A stretch of DNA of 64,000 nucleotides from Thermofilaceae archaeon. Lineage in GTDB: Archaea > Thermoproteota > Thermoprotei > Thermofilales > Thermofilaceae. The translations under genes were made by a program, and so were the position numbers. Below the pieces are notes generated by a model. The model was not told the DNA's origin, did no database searches, and saw nothing but the letters and a program-made list of their open reading frames with translations. Shown one piece after another: positions 9,214-19,621 of this stretch. Where the stretch lies: the NCBI GenBank assembly GCA_038861545.1, contig JAWCCZ010000004.1:1-64000 (forward strand), given 5' to 3'. Numbering within the stretch: the first letter of the stretch is position 1; every line of letters begins with the position of its first letter.

Positions 9214-10371
9214 CTATATTAATGCATTTGAAAGATCTTCCTTTAAATCCTCGGGATCCTCAAGTCCCACTGAAAGCCTAAGTAAACTATCCGTTATCCC
9301 AAGCTTCAATCTTTCCTCCTCAGGTATCATCCTAGCCGCGCTGATAACGGGGTAGGTAAGTAGACTCTCCGTTCCCCCTAAGCTAGGTGAAGCCCTGATC
9401 ACCTTCACTTTGGATAAAACTTTCAAGGCTTTGCTACGGTTCCCTTTCACTTTAAACGATACAACGCCGCCGTATAGTTTTGTAAGAAAGAGTTTGTCAG
9501 CTAAGGTTTTGTAAGGGCTAGAATTCAACCCGGGATATAACACTTCTTCCACGCATGGGTGATCGCTAAGGTATTCCGCGATCTCTAAAGCTGTCCGAGA
9601 CTGTCTCTCAAACCTAACCCCGAGGGTTTTTATCCCCCTAAGCACCAAGAAGGCTTCAAAGGGGTGCATGATAGTGCCTAGCTTTCTCCTCCACTCCCAT
9701 AATTCTACTATTTTTTCACGTGTTGACGCTACACAACCACCTACGACGTCGTTGTGCCCTCCTATATACTTAGTTAAACTCTCCACTGTATATGATGCCC
9801 CATCGATTTGAGGCTTATACGTTACTGGAGAGGCGAATGTATTATCCACGATTAACGTAGCTCCAGCTTCTTTGCATGCCTTAGCTACCTCGCGGGCGTC
9901 GATCACCTTAAGCGTTGGGTTAGTAACTGTTTCAAGTATTACGAAATCCCCAGGCTTAATTGCTTCGATAAAGGCCTCTGCTGAAGGCCATACCTTCACA
10001 GCTTTAACGCCGAACTTTGAGAGATCCAGAGCCAGCTGTATTGTAGTACCGTATGCTTCAATCGGTACTATAATCCTTGACCCGGATTTGAGGAGCGTTA
10101 CGTATAGTGTAGATATAGCACTCATTCCGCTTGAGAAAGCTAGCGAGTCCTCTGCATCCTCGATTGCCGATAAAGCCCGCTCGAGAGCTCTTACCGTTGG
10201 ATTCTCCTCCCTAGAATACTTAAGCTCTGTACCCCGGTCAGTTAGCCTCGTCTCCCCGGTTCTTTTATCCGGCTGCTCGAACATCGCGACCTGGTAAATC
10301 GGAGGTATGGATGTCCCAGTTTCCTCTTCGAAGAACCCATGACCATGGACCAGCTTTGTTAAGAATCTCAT
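9214..10371 (-). CDS. metB: cystathionine gamma-synthase family PLP enzyme
   Basis: YSREENPT, FSSGMSAI, DNTFASP, ESLTKYIGGHND (PLP lysine), SLGGTESL, LRLSVGLED. Confidence 0.9.
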   Translation of the reverse strand: MRFLTKLVHGHGFFEEETGTSIPPIYQVAMFEQPDKRTGETRLTDRGTELKYSREENPTVRALERALSAIEDAEDSLAFSSGMSAISTLYVTLLKSGSRIIVPIEAYGTTIQLALDLSKFGVKAVKVWPSAEAFIEAIKPGDFVILETVTNPTLKVIDAREVAKACKEAGATLIVDNTFASPVTYKPQIDGASYTVESLTKYIGGHNDVVGGCVASTREKIVELWEWRRKLGTIMHPFEAFLVLRGIKTLGVRFERQSRTALEIAEYLSDHPCVEEVLYPGLNSSPYKTLADKLFLTKLYGGVVSFKVKGNRSKALKVLSKVKVIRASPSLGGTESLLTYPVISAARMIPEEERLKLGITDSLLRLSVGLEDPEDLKEDLSNALI

Positions 10372-10567
10372 AGTCCGCTGCTAGAATCACGCGCTTTAAA
10401 GTTAGCGCATAGGGGAAAGTGTAAAGATAGTGTGTTAGGGTCATAAGTAGCTTCTTAAGACGTAAATTTACTAGAGAAAGTCGCAGAGTTGAAAAGCAGC
10501 CGGTAACAGTAAACTTGAGTGCGATGCATGTACAAGCTACCCAGAAGAGTTAAAAACTCGTAGTGTA

Positions 10568-11497
10568 ATGCCCTATATTCCGATGTATGTTAAAACAGTA
10601 GCGACAGCCAGCGTAGCTAACATAGGGTGCTTATTCGATGCAGCAGCGATGGCGATAGAAGCTTTTGCGGATGAAGTTACTGTGGAAGAGGCTTCAGGTG
10701 ACGTTGAAGTCAAAGCCTGGGGAAATGTCCCGGGGGGTAGGATGAACGTCGCCTATGCTGCTGCAGTGCACTTTCTAAAGAGAATATATGGTAGGAGTAG
10801 AGGCGTAAGGATAACTGTGAAGAAAGGTGTGCCAGTGGGCGCCGGTCTAGGCTCTTCGGGCGCCACTGCCGCTGCGACGGTTGCCGCAATTAATGAACTA
10901 CTGGGTATCGGAGCTGGAGTAGGCGATTTGATCGAGGCGGCTGGCGCGGGCGAAACCTTAGCGGCTGGCACACCCCATTACGACAACGTGGCTGCGTCCT
11001 TGCTGGGCGGGGTTGTGCTAATCGATCCAAAGGATCCCTATTCCCACTTAGCGCTTGAACCACCGGAGTGGTTGAGAATCGTCTTATTCGTTAGGCGAGC
11101 CCCCACCCCAGCGAAAACTCAGGCTATGAGGGCGATTCTGCCGGAGAGAATCGACCTGCAAGAGGCAAGCCGGTGGGCTTTCGCGGCTGCAATGCTGGCT
11201 GTTGGGTTAACTAGAGGCGTTAAACGCTGCATATGCTTTGCCAGCATGGGTGGGCCCGTCGAGGAGGCTAGGTCTAAGCTGGTGCCGAGGTATAGGGAGG
11301 CTAAGGCGCTCGCGGTTCAAGCTGGCGCGCTTGCCTTCAATATTTCTGGGGCTGGGCCATCAGTTTTCGCCCTAGTCGAGGAAGGCCGGGAAGAAGCTGT
11401 GATTAGAGCGTTAAGCAGCGTACTTGAAGGTTACGAGCCTATTGTCTCTCGAGTAGCTAAGAAAGGGGCCGTTTATGCGACTGAAAGTAGGAGATAA
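10568..11497 (+). CDS. thrB: homoserine kinase
   Basis: ASVANIG..FD, GHMP motif GAGLGSSGA, HYDNVAASLLGG, ISGAGPS. Confidence 0.9.
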   Translation: MPYIPMYVKTVATASVANIGCLFDAAAMAIEAFADEVTVEEASGDVEVKAWGNVPGGRMNVAYAAAVHFLKRIYGRSRGVRITVKKGVPVGAGLGSSGATAAATVAAINELLGIGAGVGDLIEAAGAGETLAAGTPHYDNVAASLLGGVVLIDPKDPYSHLALEPPEWLRIVLFVRRAPTPAKTQAMRAILPERIDLQEASRWAFAAAMLAVGLTRGVKRCICFASMGGPVEEARSKLVPRYREAKALAVQAGALAFNISGAGPSVFALVEEGREEAVIRALSSVLEGYEPIVSRVAKKGAVYATESRR

Positions 11498-12314
11498 CCA
11501 CTGCCACCTGAACCCGCTTAACGGTATGGGAGTTAAGGCTTTCGCTAAAAGGTTCAAGGAATCCGGAGGCTGGTTTATCGGGTTGGTGAATCTCTTGTCT
11601 TGGAATTACGGAGTTCAGGTGAACTCCCCTGAAGACTATCGCAGGGTTTATGAGCTTACCGTGGATACTGCGTATGTTTTAAGGAGCAAGGGACTCACCG
11701 TGGCCGTGATACTCGGTCCACACCCAGCTGAGCTTGCAAGACTTATCGAAAGCGGCGTTAAACCGGTGAAAGCGGTTAAATTTTTGACTGAAGCTTACAG
11801 GCTAGCCGCCAAGTACGTGGAAACGGGGAAAGCTCAGGGACTCGGCGAAGTGGGTAGACCCCACTGGCAGGTCCCGCAGGAGATAGTTGAGGCCTGTAAC
11901 CAAGTAATGGGGAACGTGGCGGATATCGCTAAAGAGTTGAATTGCGTCGTCCACCTCCATACCGAGAGAGCGGGGTTGCTCACAGTGGAGGACATGGCTA
12001 ACCGGTTTAGGGGTTTGAGGAAAACCGTGCTGCACCACGCCGAGGGAGTTTATGCTGCGCAGGCAGAGAAGCTTGGCCTCACGCCGTCGGTACCGGCGAA
12101 AGAGAGCGAAATTACTGCGGCTGTCACTTGCCGCAACGTAGTTATCGAAAGCGATTTCCTTGACGACCCCAAGCGACCCGGGGCAGTTGTTGCCCCTTGG
12201 AGCATCGGCCGGCTATTCTCCAAGCTTATAGCCAAAGGCTTAATCAGCGAGGATGCAGCGAACGTAATGCTTGTGGAGAACTTGCTAAAGCTATACGGTA
12301 TCGAGATTGAGTAG
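11475..12314 (+). CDS. TatD-family metal-dependent hydrolase
   Basis: DNHCH, GEVG, HLHT, LHH, ESD metal-ligand motifs. Confidence 0.88.
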   Translation: MRLKVGDNHCHLNPLNGMGVKAFAKRFKESGGWFIGLVNLLSWNYGVQVNSPEDYRRVYELTVDTAYVLRSKGLTVAVILGPHPAELARLIESGVKPVKAVKFLTEAYRLAAKYVETGKAQGLGEVGRPHWQVPQEIVEACNQVMGNVADIAKELNCVVHLHTERAGLLTVEDMANRFRGLRKTVLHHAEGVYAAQAEKLGLTPSVPAKESEITAAVTCRNVVIESDFLDDPKRPGAVVAPWSIGRLFSKLIAKGLISEDAANVMLVENLLKLYGIEIE

Positions 12315-12880
12315 CTGAGAGGAGAGAACACGCGGCTCGGTGCGGGGCTCACATAGTTTACTCACCGGTCGTAGGCAGTAAGCTCGTCACAGCCCATGCA
12401 ACTCAACCTAGTACAGCTTTTAACCTTACCTTTACAGAGCCGTGCAGATAAACGTGGTTGGCACTCGATTCGCTGGGTGCTGAATTAGGCGAAAAATTAT
12501 AGCAAATGTCGGAGGTTTGCCATAACACCTCTACTCCAAACCCCTCAACGGCATACCTTGCATCTACGCGCCTCGGTCTAGATCAAACTTCGCTTCATCG
12601 GGTTCGTAAAGGCCTTTTGTGTAGTCGGACGGCTCATCCTAGAAATTGTCTTTTTAGCAAGAGGGTTTTTATCTTCCTCTACATCTCTTCTCAATAAACC
12701 ATCTTCTTTTCACATGAAGTCCTCCTCTAATTCTCCTCGGGAGGCCTCTGAGCGGCTATAGAATTGAAGGTACTGCGGCTTCGCATAGATAGCTTAGCTA
12801 ACCTACACACCATTATTCACACTTTTTTCTCAAACGCGAGTTAACCGTTAAGTGCTTTAACGTGCTCTGTTTACATACTA

Positions 12881-13756
12881 GTGATGAAGCTATCAGTAAT
12901 CACGGATGAAGTATCTCAAGATTTGAAGCGCGTAATAGGGTTCGCGTTAAAATACAAGCTGGATGGTATTGAGATTAGGACTTTGTGGAATAAGCCACCT
13001 TACGATCTCCATGATAAGGCCGGTGAGATCAAGCGGGAGTTGGGGCTAGCTGGTCTTAGCGTAAGTTGCATCGCCTCCCCGGTGTTTAAAAGCAACTTAG
13101 TTTCTGAAGTAGAGTTTAAAGATCACCTGGAAATGCTGAAGAAATGCATAGGCTTAGCGAAAACCTTGGACTGTCAGCTGATTAGAGTGTTTACATTTTG
13201 GAGACGTGGAGCCTTAGAAGAAAACTTAAGCCTTATCCTGGAGAAGTTCTTAGCAGCCGTCGATGTAGCCGTTAGCGAAGGTGTTCTGCTGCTCGTTGAG
13301 AACGAGCCCTCCACTCATGTGAACAACGGTAGGAGGCTGCGCCAGTTCCTAGACACTGTGTCTAAACCCAGTGTCGTCCGAGGAGTGTGGGATCCTGGTA
13401 ACGATGTCTGGGATCCGGAGGGGGAAAAACCGTTCCCAGATGGTTATGAGGCTGTTAGAGGCTTATTTGAACATGTACACGTTAAGGATGGTGTACGGCT
13501 AAAGCTAGGTCATGAATTCATGCCTGTGGGAGAAGGAGAGGTGAACTGGCTAAAGCAGGTTAAAGCCTTCTTACAGGACGGCTATAGCGGCTACTTATCG
13601 CTGGAGACTCACTGGCGCCCACAGCAGCTACCCCCTGAACTAGTAGAGCGCCCAGGCGGTGAGCTATACTCGGCTATGGGAGAGTATGCTTCCGGCATCT
13701 GCATGGAAAGGCTAAAGCGAATACTTGAGCAAGCTGGAATAGGGGTGAAAACATGA
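12881..13756 (+). CDS. sugar phosphate isomerase/epimerase (xylose isomerase-like TIM barrel)
   Basis: VENE, WDPGN, HVHVKD, SLETH. Confidence 0.9.
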   Translation: MMKLSVITDEVSQDLKRVIGFALKYKLDGIEIRTLWNKPPYDLHDKAGEIKRELGLAGLSVSCIASPVFKSNLVSEVEFKDHLEMLKKCIGLAKTLDCQLIRVFTFWRRGALEENLSLILEKFLAAVDVAVSEGVLLLVENEPSTHVNNGRRLRQFLDTVSKPSVVRGVWDPGNDVWDPEGEKPFPDGYEAVRGLFEHVHVKDGVRLKLGHEFMPVGEGEVNWLKQVKAFLQDGYSGYLSLETHWRPQQLPPELVERPGGELYSAMGEYASGICMERLKRILEQAGIGVKT

Positions 13757-14544
13757 AAACCTCGGTTACCGTCTACAGTTTGAGAGACTACTTCGCGCGA
13801 GGGTTACTCGATGTCCCAAAGTTCATAGAACTCGTGGCGGAAATGGGAGCTGAAGGCGTGGATTTAGGCTACTATTGGAGAAGCCGAAAGGAGAGAAAAG
13901 AAGCGAAGAAGAAACTGAGTGAATCAGGGCTTGAACTAGCCATCTACATCACCTCAAGCGACTTTTCAAAGCCTAAGGTCGAAGAGAGAAAAGCAGAAAT
14001 TGAAAAAGCAAAGAAGTCGATTCTTGAAGCTAAGGAGATGGAGGCGGCCATGCTCAGAGTCCACCCCGGTGATCTAAAACCGGGAGTTAACCCGGTTGAA
14101 GCGGAGCAATGGGTCAGCGAATCGCTTGCCGAAGTCGCGGATTTCGCCGCAGGGGAAGGTATAGTGATTGCAGTCGAAAATCACGGCAGGTACTTTAGTG
14201 GGGCTGACGTAATGGAGAGGCTTTTTAAAGCCGACAAACGACTGCGCTTGGTATTTGACACTGGTAACTTTACTTTAGAGGGCGATGATCCAGTAACGGC
14301 TGCCGAGAAGCTAGCCAAGTGGGTCGTTCATGTTCATGCGAAAGACAGGGATGAAAAAGGCCGTATGTGCTCCCCAGGTGAAGGAATTATAGACTTTGAG
14401 AAAATCTGTAGAATACTTAGTGATGAGGGTTTCAGCGGGTTCTACTCGGTTGAGTACGAGGGGTGGAGAGACCAGCTTTTGGGTGTAGGTTTAGGTATCG
14501 GGTACTTGAAAGCCCTCCACTTGAAAAGAGGCATTTTAAAATAA
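13753..14544 (+). CDS. sugar phosphate isomerase/epimerase (xylose isomerase-like TIM barrel)
   Basis: VENHG, FDTGN, HVHAKD, SVEYEG; ATGA overlap with the upstream paralog. Confidence 0.9.
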   Translation: MKTSVTVYSLRDYFARGLLDVPKFIELVAEMGAEGVDLGYYWRSRKERKEAKKKLSESGLELAIYITSSDFSKPKVEERKAEIEKAKKSILEAKEMEAAMLRVHPGDLKPGVNPVEAEQWVSESLAEVADFAAGEGIVIAVENHGRYFSGADVMERLFKADKRLRLVFDTGNFTLEGDDPVTAAEKLAKWVVHVHAKDRDEKGRMCSPGEGIIDFEKICRILSDEGFSGFYSVEYEGWRDQLLGVGLGIGYLKALHLKRGILK

Positions 14545-14571
14545 AATATTATTGTTAGTTAAAAAATATTA

Positions 14572-14871
14572 TTATTTTAAAAATTGTTTAAAATTTATAT
14601 GAATTATTTCTACTATATTCCCTAAACTTAACATTTTTCTGGCTTTCTTTAACTCTTGGTTGTAGACAAAGCAAAGCCTTTCCAAGCTATGCCCTTTAAC
14701 GTACTTACGGCAGGCCAACTTAAACTTAGTTCCATCTACTAGCAGTCTAAGCTTCAGCCATGAAAATAAAACTACAACGAAGAAGACAAGGTGTATACAG
14801 ATTAGAAAGATGTAGGCTGAAACCACCAATATGTTAAAAAATGAATGTATTGCTTCCCTTACGCTTCCCAT
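14572..14871 (-). CDS. small membrane protein
   Basis: N-terminal hydrophobic helix and basic C-terminus; last gene of a minus-strand run. Confidence 0.6.
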   Translation of the reverse strand: MGSVREAIHSFFNILVVSAYIFLICIHLVFFVVVLFSWLKLRLLVDGTKFKLACRKYVKGHSLERLCFVYNQELKKARKMLSLGNIVEIIHINFKQFLK

Positions 14872-14896
14872 ACGATTTTTTCTTACTCAGCTAGGT

Positions 14897-15268
14897 TCAT
14901 TCCTTTTTCTCTTCCTCCTTTTTCTCTACAACTTCTACTTCTTTCTTGATCGGTGGAGCCTGCGAGAACGCTTTCATCATATTAGCGATAGCGCCCAACT
15001 GATCCATTTTTGTTCTCAGGAACTGTTCAGTTAAGCGGGTAGCCGTATTCACATCTATACCCGCATCTATTAAGTTTTTATAGAACAGGCCGGTTTCTTT
15101 ACCGAGTTCTTCCCCTTTCAAACTGCTAAACAAAGTTTCTAGCAGATTCTTCAGCATTGGGGTTAGATCCTTGAGAAACTCGCTCACAGCGCCCAGCACA
15201 GCTCGTAATTCTTCTACGTCTCCTCCAGTCTCTACCTTCACTTCCCTCTTGCATGTTTCCTCCGTCAT
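14897..15268 (-). CDS. conserved helical hypothetical protein
   Basis: Internal ATG (MTEET...) of ORF 14897..15328; G...G.FYK.L.DAGI...A..LT pattern. Confidence 0.75.
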   Translation of the reverse strand: MTEETCKREVKVETGGDVEELRAVLGAVSEFLKDLTPMLKNLLETLFSSLKGEELGKETGLFYKNLIDAGIDVNTATRLTEQFLRTKMDQLGAIANMMKAFSQAPPIKKEVEVVEKKEEEKKE

Positions 15269-15334
15269 GCTAGTCAAGTATAGTAGCGTTGCCCACAGTG
15301 ATAAGCTTTTGGTGTCAATAGTGATCAAATCGCA

Positions 15335-15802
15335 TCAAGTTTTCGGCGGCAAATCGACCACTTTCTCCCTACCCTTCTTCTCGACTTTCAGCAATCCCTC
15401 TTCAGCTAGCTTATCCACCTTAGCCGCTACAACCCTCCTAGATGCGCGACCCCGATACCTTTTCAGCTCCGTGGTTAACGCCGACAGGTTAATCGGTCCT
15501 TTCTGCGCTACAACCTCGATAATAGCTCTTGAAATATCGTCTCGAACCCTGCTAGCTAGCAGGTGAGCGTTTGCGAGGCGCCTGGCAGCGCCCGCTAAGT
15601 CAACGGTCGATCCGCTTAGCTTCAGCAATCGTAGAGCGATCGCTAGGGCTTCAGCAGCTAAGGCATCACTGGGAACGCTTCTCCGGTCACTACTCAGCAG
15701 AACTTTTTCTAACTCCGATAACCGGTCCTCTATCCTTTTAAGCTGATCTTCTAGCCTTTTTAACGCGTCACGCTCGCTCGTGATCCCCGAAAAGTTCACC
15801 AT
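15335..15802 (-). CDS. coiled-coil + ArsR-like winged-HTH regulator
   Basis: N-terminal heptads; C-terminal DDISRAIIEVV...GPINLSALT...VDKLAEEGLLKVEKKGREKVV. Confidence 0.8.
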   Translation of the reverse strand: MVNFSGITSERDALKRLEDQLKRIEDRLSELEKVLLSSDRRSVPSDALAAEALAIALRLLKLSGSTVDLAGAARRLANAHLLASRVRDDISRAIIEVVAQKGPINLSALTTELKRYRGRASRRVVAAKVDKLAEEGLLKVEKKGREKVVDLPPKT

Positions 15803-15884
15803 GAATCCTAAAACTGCTCCTTTTTACGTTTATTGCCAAGGAAAGATCTTTAGTTTAGAAGAAATGCAGGAGGGTTTGGATAGC

Positions 15885-16316
15885 TTAGCCGGTGATTCTT
15901 GGCAGCAATTCCTCGATCGAGCTCTTCAGCTCTCTAACTCGTACAGCGTACCTGGCGGCCTCTAATGCACCTCTAACTACTTCCTCCCCGACGAAAGCTG
16001 CGCCCATCCTCGCCTTATCTGGTAGACTTTCGAGGTAGCGAGCGTACCTTTCCATGTATTGCGTAAGCTTCTTTAAATTCTCTACTAAGCCTTCTACTTC
16101 CTCTCCCTTTAAGCTTTTTATAGCCGCAAGCTTGAATATAGCATCATCCAGAGAGGTTAACCATTTATCAAATCCCATGCCCGTGCTTTGTTCGAAGTCT
16201 TGAGCTGCAAACCCTCTAGCGAACACCGGAAGGGTGACTATAGAGTTCTTCGTTGCTTCAATAGCCGACCTGAGCTCCCTTAACCCCCCTATAACTCGAT
16301 TTAACTCTTCTTCCAT
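15885..16316 (-). CDS. hypothetical helical protein
   Basis: 143-aa ORF, typical composition, TATA-like TTATATAT upstream. Confidence 0.75.
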   Translation of the reverse strand: MEEELNRVIGGLRELRSAIEATKNSIVTLPVFARGFAAQDFEQSTGMGFDKWLTSLDDAIFKLAAIKSLKGEEVEGLVENLKKLTQYMERYARYLESLPDKARMGAAFVGEEVVRGALEAARYAVRVRELKSSIEELLPRITG

Positions 16317-16445
16317 AGATACATTTCACCGAGGTTGAATATATAATCGACTGTCTTCTTATGGGTAGTTGAATATGAAATTTTTTAAAGCGTTAAATTA
16401 CTCTTTACCGTTACGGTTAAATTCTAACAAGGTGGAGCCATTGCG

Positions 16446-17435
16446 GTGCCCATCGTGGGCGCGGCTGTAAAAATCGTCAATTTCATTAAAAAGTTCGGCA
16501 GTACGGTCGCCGTTGACTGTTTAAACCTTGAGATCTATGAGGAGGAAATCTTCGGATTGCTGGGCCCAAACGGATCTGGAAAAAGCACCACCTTGCTGAC
16601 GATCACAACTGTTTATAAACCCACCTCTGGGGATATTTACGTCTTCGGGCACTCTGTGACTAAGGAAGGCGATGAAGTGAGAAAGTATGTTGGGATTGCT
16701 TTTCAGGAACCAAAGGCTATGTGGGTCGATACTCCCTATGAGCTCCTTATATGGCATGCGCGCGTAGTCGGTTACTCCTCCACCGAGGCAAAAAACATCG
16801 TGAAGGATGTGATGGAGAAGCTGAATTTATGGGAACATCGGAGGAAACAGTTCTACCAGCTAAGCGGTGGAACTAGGAAAAAGCTGGAGATAGCGAAGGT
16901 GCTAATTCAGCGGCCACGTCTCGCGATTTTCGATGAGCCTACAGCTCAAGTAGACGTTATTACGAAGCATGCGCTATGGGACGTTATCAGGGAGCTGAGG
17001 CAGGAAGGTTCCACGATCATAGTTGCCACGAACGATATGTTTGAGGCGGAAAGAATCTGCGAGCGCTTAGCTATAATGTACAAGGGCAAGCTCGGCGCTT
17101 TAGGTACCGTGAGAGAACTGAAGGACCGCATACCCGGAGGGGATGTAGTGGAGATAGGCTACGAGGGGTCTAAGGAAGAGGTTGAACGGGTAGTATCCCA
17201 ACTCCCAAGCGTTGGTAGATATATTATTGTGGATAACAGGCTGATCGCGTACCTAAATAGGGGAGAGGAGAGAGCAGCAGAAATCGTAAACCAGCTAACT
17301 AGTGCGGGCGTTAAGGTTAAGCGTATTATGGTGCAGGAACCTACCCTTGATGACGTTTTCTTCTACTTTACGGGTGCGCGTTTAAAGGAGGAGGAAAACC
17401 GGGATGTCATGTTTCACCAAGGTGCAGCTATATGA
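16446..17435 (+). CDS. ABC exporter ATP-binding protein (DrrA-like)
   Basis: GPNGSGKST, LSGG, IFDEPT, C-terminal PTLDDVF; the switch His is replaced by Asn (ATND). Confidence 0.93.
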   Translation: MPIVGAAVKIVNFIKKFGSTVAVDCLNLEIYEEEIFGLLGPNGSGKSTTLLTITTVYKPTSGDIYVFGHSVTKEGDEVRKYVGIAFQEPKAMWVDTPYELLIWHARVVGYSSTEAKNIVKDVMEKLNLWEHRRKQFYQLSGGTRKKLEIAKVLIQRPRLAIFDEPTAQVDVITKHALWDVIRELRQEGSTIIVATNDMFEAERICERLAIMYKGKLGALGTVRELKDRIPGGDVVEIGYEGSKEEVERVVSQLPSVGRYIIVDNRLIAYLNRGEERAAEIVNQLTSAGVKVKRIMVQEPTLDDVFFYFTGARLKEEENRDVMFHQGAAI

Positions 17436-18241
17436 CCGCGCTGAGCGACCTTAAAACGCTGACACTTTTTGTGTACTGGGATCTCCTAAGGATGAGGAGA
17501 AGGACGATGTTCATCGCTATGAGAGTAATCTGGTTTGCGCTTCAAGTCACCCTTTTCGCACTGGCTCTTTCTGCCATGGTGCGGTTTAGGGGTTACGTAT
17601 CCCAGAGCTTGGACTACTACCACTTTTACCTGCTAGGCGTTTACGCATCAATCCTCTTCTCGATAAGCACTTCTAACGCTTATGAGGTAGCTGAGGAATT
17701 CGAAGAGGGAATTATCGAGTATCACCTGTCTTTACCGGTTAAAAGGAAGATCCTAACGCTGGGTAGAGCCGTCGGCGGTGGGTTAGCCGGTTTTATCTTC
17801 ACTTTACCGATGTTCGCCATAGTCCTGGTACTGATCGGCGGTGCCTCCCCTTGGGCCACAGCTACCTCCCTAGTAGCCGCCCTAGCCTTTTCTATTGGCG
17901 TAGTCGGGTTAGTCCTTTCCATGGTTCTTAGCATTAAGTCGGGTGACGCGACTGATATACTCTTCGGAGTACTTGACGCTATAATAGTCAGGTTGAGCAC
18001 TATATTCTACCCATCGATAGTCCTCAGCAAAGTAACGCCGTACTACTACGCGGCCATCTCTAATCCCATGTCGCACTTCGTGGACCTGCTCAGGACGTTT
18101 TTCTTTTTCGAAGAGTATCGGGTGCTAGCAGTCTCCGACCCTGTTGTAATGGCATCGTATCTCATAGGCTTTGTAGCCGGCCTCGTTTCCGCGGCTATTT
18201 ACGTGGTTGAGAGGAAGCTGGAGGGTGGTGGATGGAGATGA
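17432..18241 (+). CDS. ABC-2 type permease
   Basis: Six hydrophobic segments; E.EEG..EY.LSLPV; coupled to the ATPase gene. Confidence 0.9.
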   Translation: MTALSDLKTLTLFVYWDLLRMRRRTMFIAMRVIWFALQVTLFALALSAMVRFRGYVSQSLDYYHFYLLGVYASILFSISTSNAYEVAEEFEEGIIEYHLSLPVKRKILTLGRAVGGGLAGFIFTLPMFAIVLVLIGGASPWATATSLVAALAFSIGVVGLVLSMVLSIKSGDATDILFGVLDAIIVRLSTIFYPSIVLSKVTPYYYAAISNPMSHFVDLLRTFFFFEEYRVLAVSDPVVMASYLIGFVAGLVSAAIYVVERKLEGGGWR

Positions 18242-19008
18242 ACGATTCCATTAAGGCGTGTTTCCTCATAGCCTATAGGGATTTGAGAAGATTCTGGAAG
18301 TTCAAACATTGGCTAGCTGCACAGCTTGCGATGAACTTGGCCGATGTACTGATCTTCGCCCTTGTATTTAACAATATAGTTAATAGGAACTTCATCCCTG
18401 ACTACATTAAGTTCATGTCAACCGGTATTCTGGCAATAGCTACGTTCGCCTCGGCGTTCTCTATTGGGAGGGAAGTAGGGGGCGAAATGAGGAGGGAGGT
18501 ACATTATTACCTGCTTTCCCTCCCCACCTCCCGCGGCGCTCTTGCGGCAGGTAGGTTCCTCGGCGGCGCGCTTCGAGGTTTAATTTACCAGCTGGCGTTT
18601 ATCGTGTTAAACTTACTCATCGTCGGCGTCCCAAGTCCTGCACAGTCTTTAGCCATTGCTTATACATCCTTCCTTTTTTCCCTTTCAATGTCAGCCCTCG
18701 CGATCGCAGTGGTGTCAAGCACAAGAGACTTCAACCTGCAATCGACTTTTAGGGCCTTGATTTACTACACCCTGTTCTTTTTCTCTAATGTTTTCTACCC
18801 CAAGGAGATCATCTCGCTGCGTTTCCCAGGTCCTCTGGCAGTAATAGTAGCGCACGCGCCTATCTCACGCGCTGCGGAGGTTTACAGGTGGGGGTTTGGG
18901 TACTATTCATCTTTAGACCATTTAGCGCTCCCTGAGGTGACGCTTTGGACCATACTCTTGTTATCAGCAGCCACGCTTCTTTACACACGTAACCTTTCTA
19001 AACAGTAA
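18232..19008 (+). CDS. ABC-2 type permease
   Basis: Hydrophobic; LLSLPTSR..L..GR; FFSNVFYP. Confidence 0.9.
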   Translation: MEMNDSIKACFLIAYRDLRRFWKFKHWLAAQLAMNLADVLIFALVFNNIVNRNFIPDYIKFMSTGILAIATFASAFSIGREVGGEMRREVHYYLLSLPTSRGALAAGRFLGGALRGLIYQLAFIVLNLLIVGVPSPAQSLAIAYTSFLFSLSMSALAIAVVSSTRDFNLQSTFRALIYYTLFFFSNVFYPKEIISLRFPGPLAVIVAHAPISRAAEVYRWGFGYYSSLDHLALPEVTLWTILLLSAATLLYTRNLSKQ

Positions 19009-19039
19009 CGTGGAAGCAGGTTCTTAAGAAAGGAAAATA

Positions 19040-19621
19040 TTGAAGTACGTGCCTATCTACGTCATCGTCGGCGATGGCGAATTTACAGATAAAGTTTCCA
19101 CTATATTTTTCCCCAGAGATTTCAGATACCTGCTCGGTTTACTAAGAAAGAAGTTCGATGTTTCCTACCCGACTATTGAAAAGCTGTTTAACGGGGAACT
19201 TGTGAAGCCCGTCGAACTTTTAGAAGAAGCTTTGGATCTGCTTATGCTGTTGAGGACTAGGTCTGCCGAGCTGCCAAAAGCGTACTTCTTCGCCGTTCTA
19301 CCTAAGGATTTCACTGATGTCGTTAGCCTTATCGGGGGAGGTGCTACCAGTATGACTATACCGGCTGGCTCAAAGGTTTACGAGCTCACCGGTGGGTTTG
19401 GCGCAGCCACGATTAAAGAAGACGGGGAAGAAGAAAGACATCTGGAAGCTGGAAAGGAGCTTACTATCAGTTCGGTTAAAATAAAAGTTTTCACTAGAAC
19501 GGCCTACGAAGCAACGGCAAGTCCTCTTAAGACACTGATAGTAGCTTCACTAATAGCGTCTAAGCTCGGTAAAACAGTCAAGGTGACAGGGGTTCAAGAG
19601 GAAACTTTCCAGTCTACATAG
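19040..19621 (+). CDS. hypothetical protein
   Basis: 193-aa ORF with TTG start, co-directional with the ABC operon. Confidence 0.75.
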   Translation: MKYVPIYVIVGDGEFTDKVSTIFFPRDFRYLLGLLRKKFDVSYPTIEKLFNGELVKPVELLEEALDLLMLLRTRSAELPKAYFFAVLPKDFTDVVSLIGGGATSMTIPAGSKVYELTGGFGAATIKEDGEEERHLEAGKELTISSVKIKVFTRTAYEATASPLKTLIVASLIASKLGKTVKVTGVQEETFQST

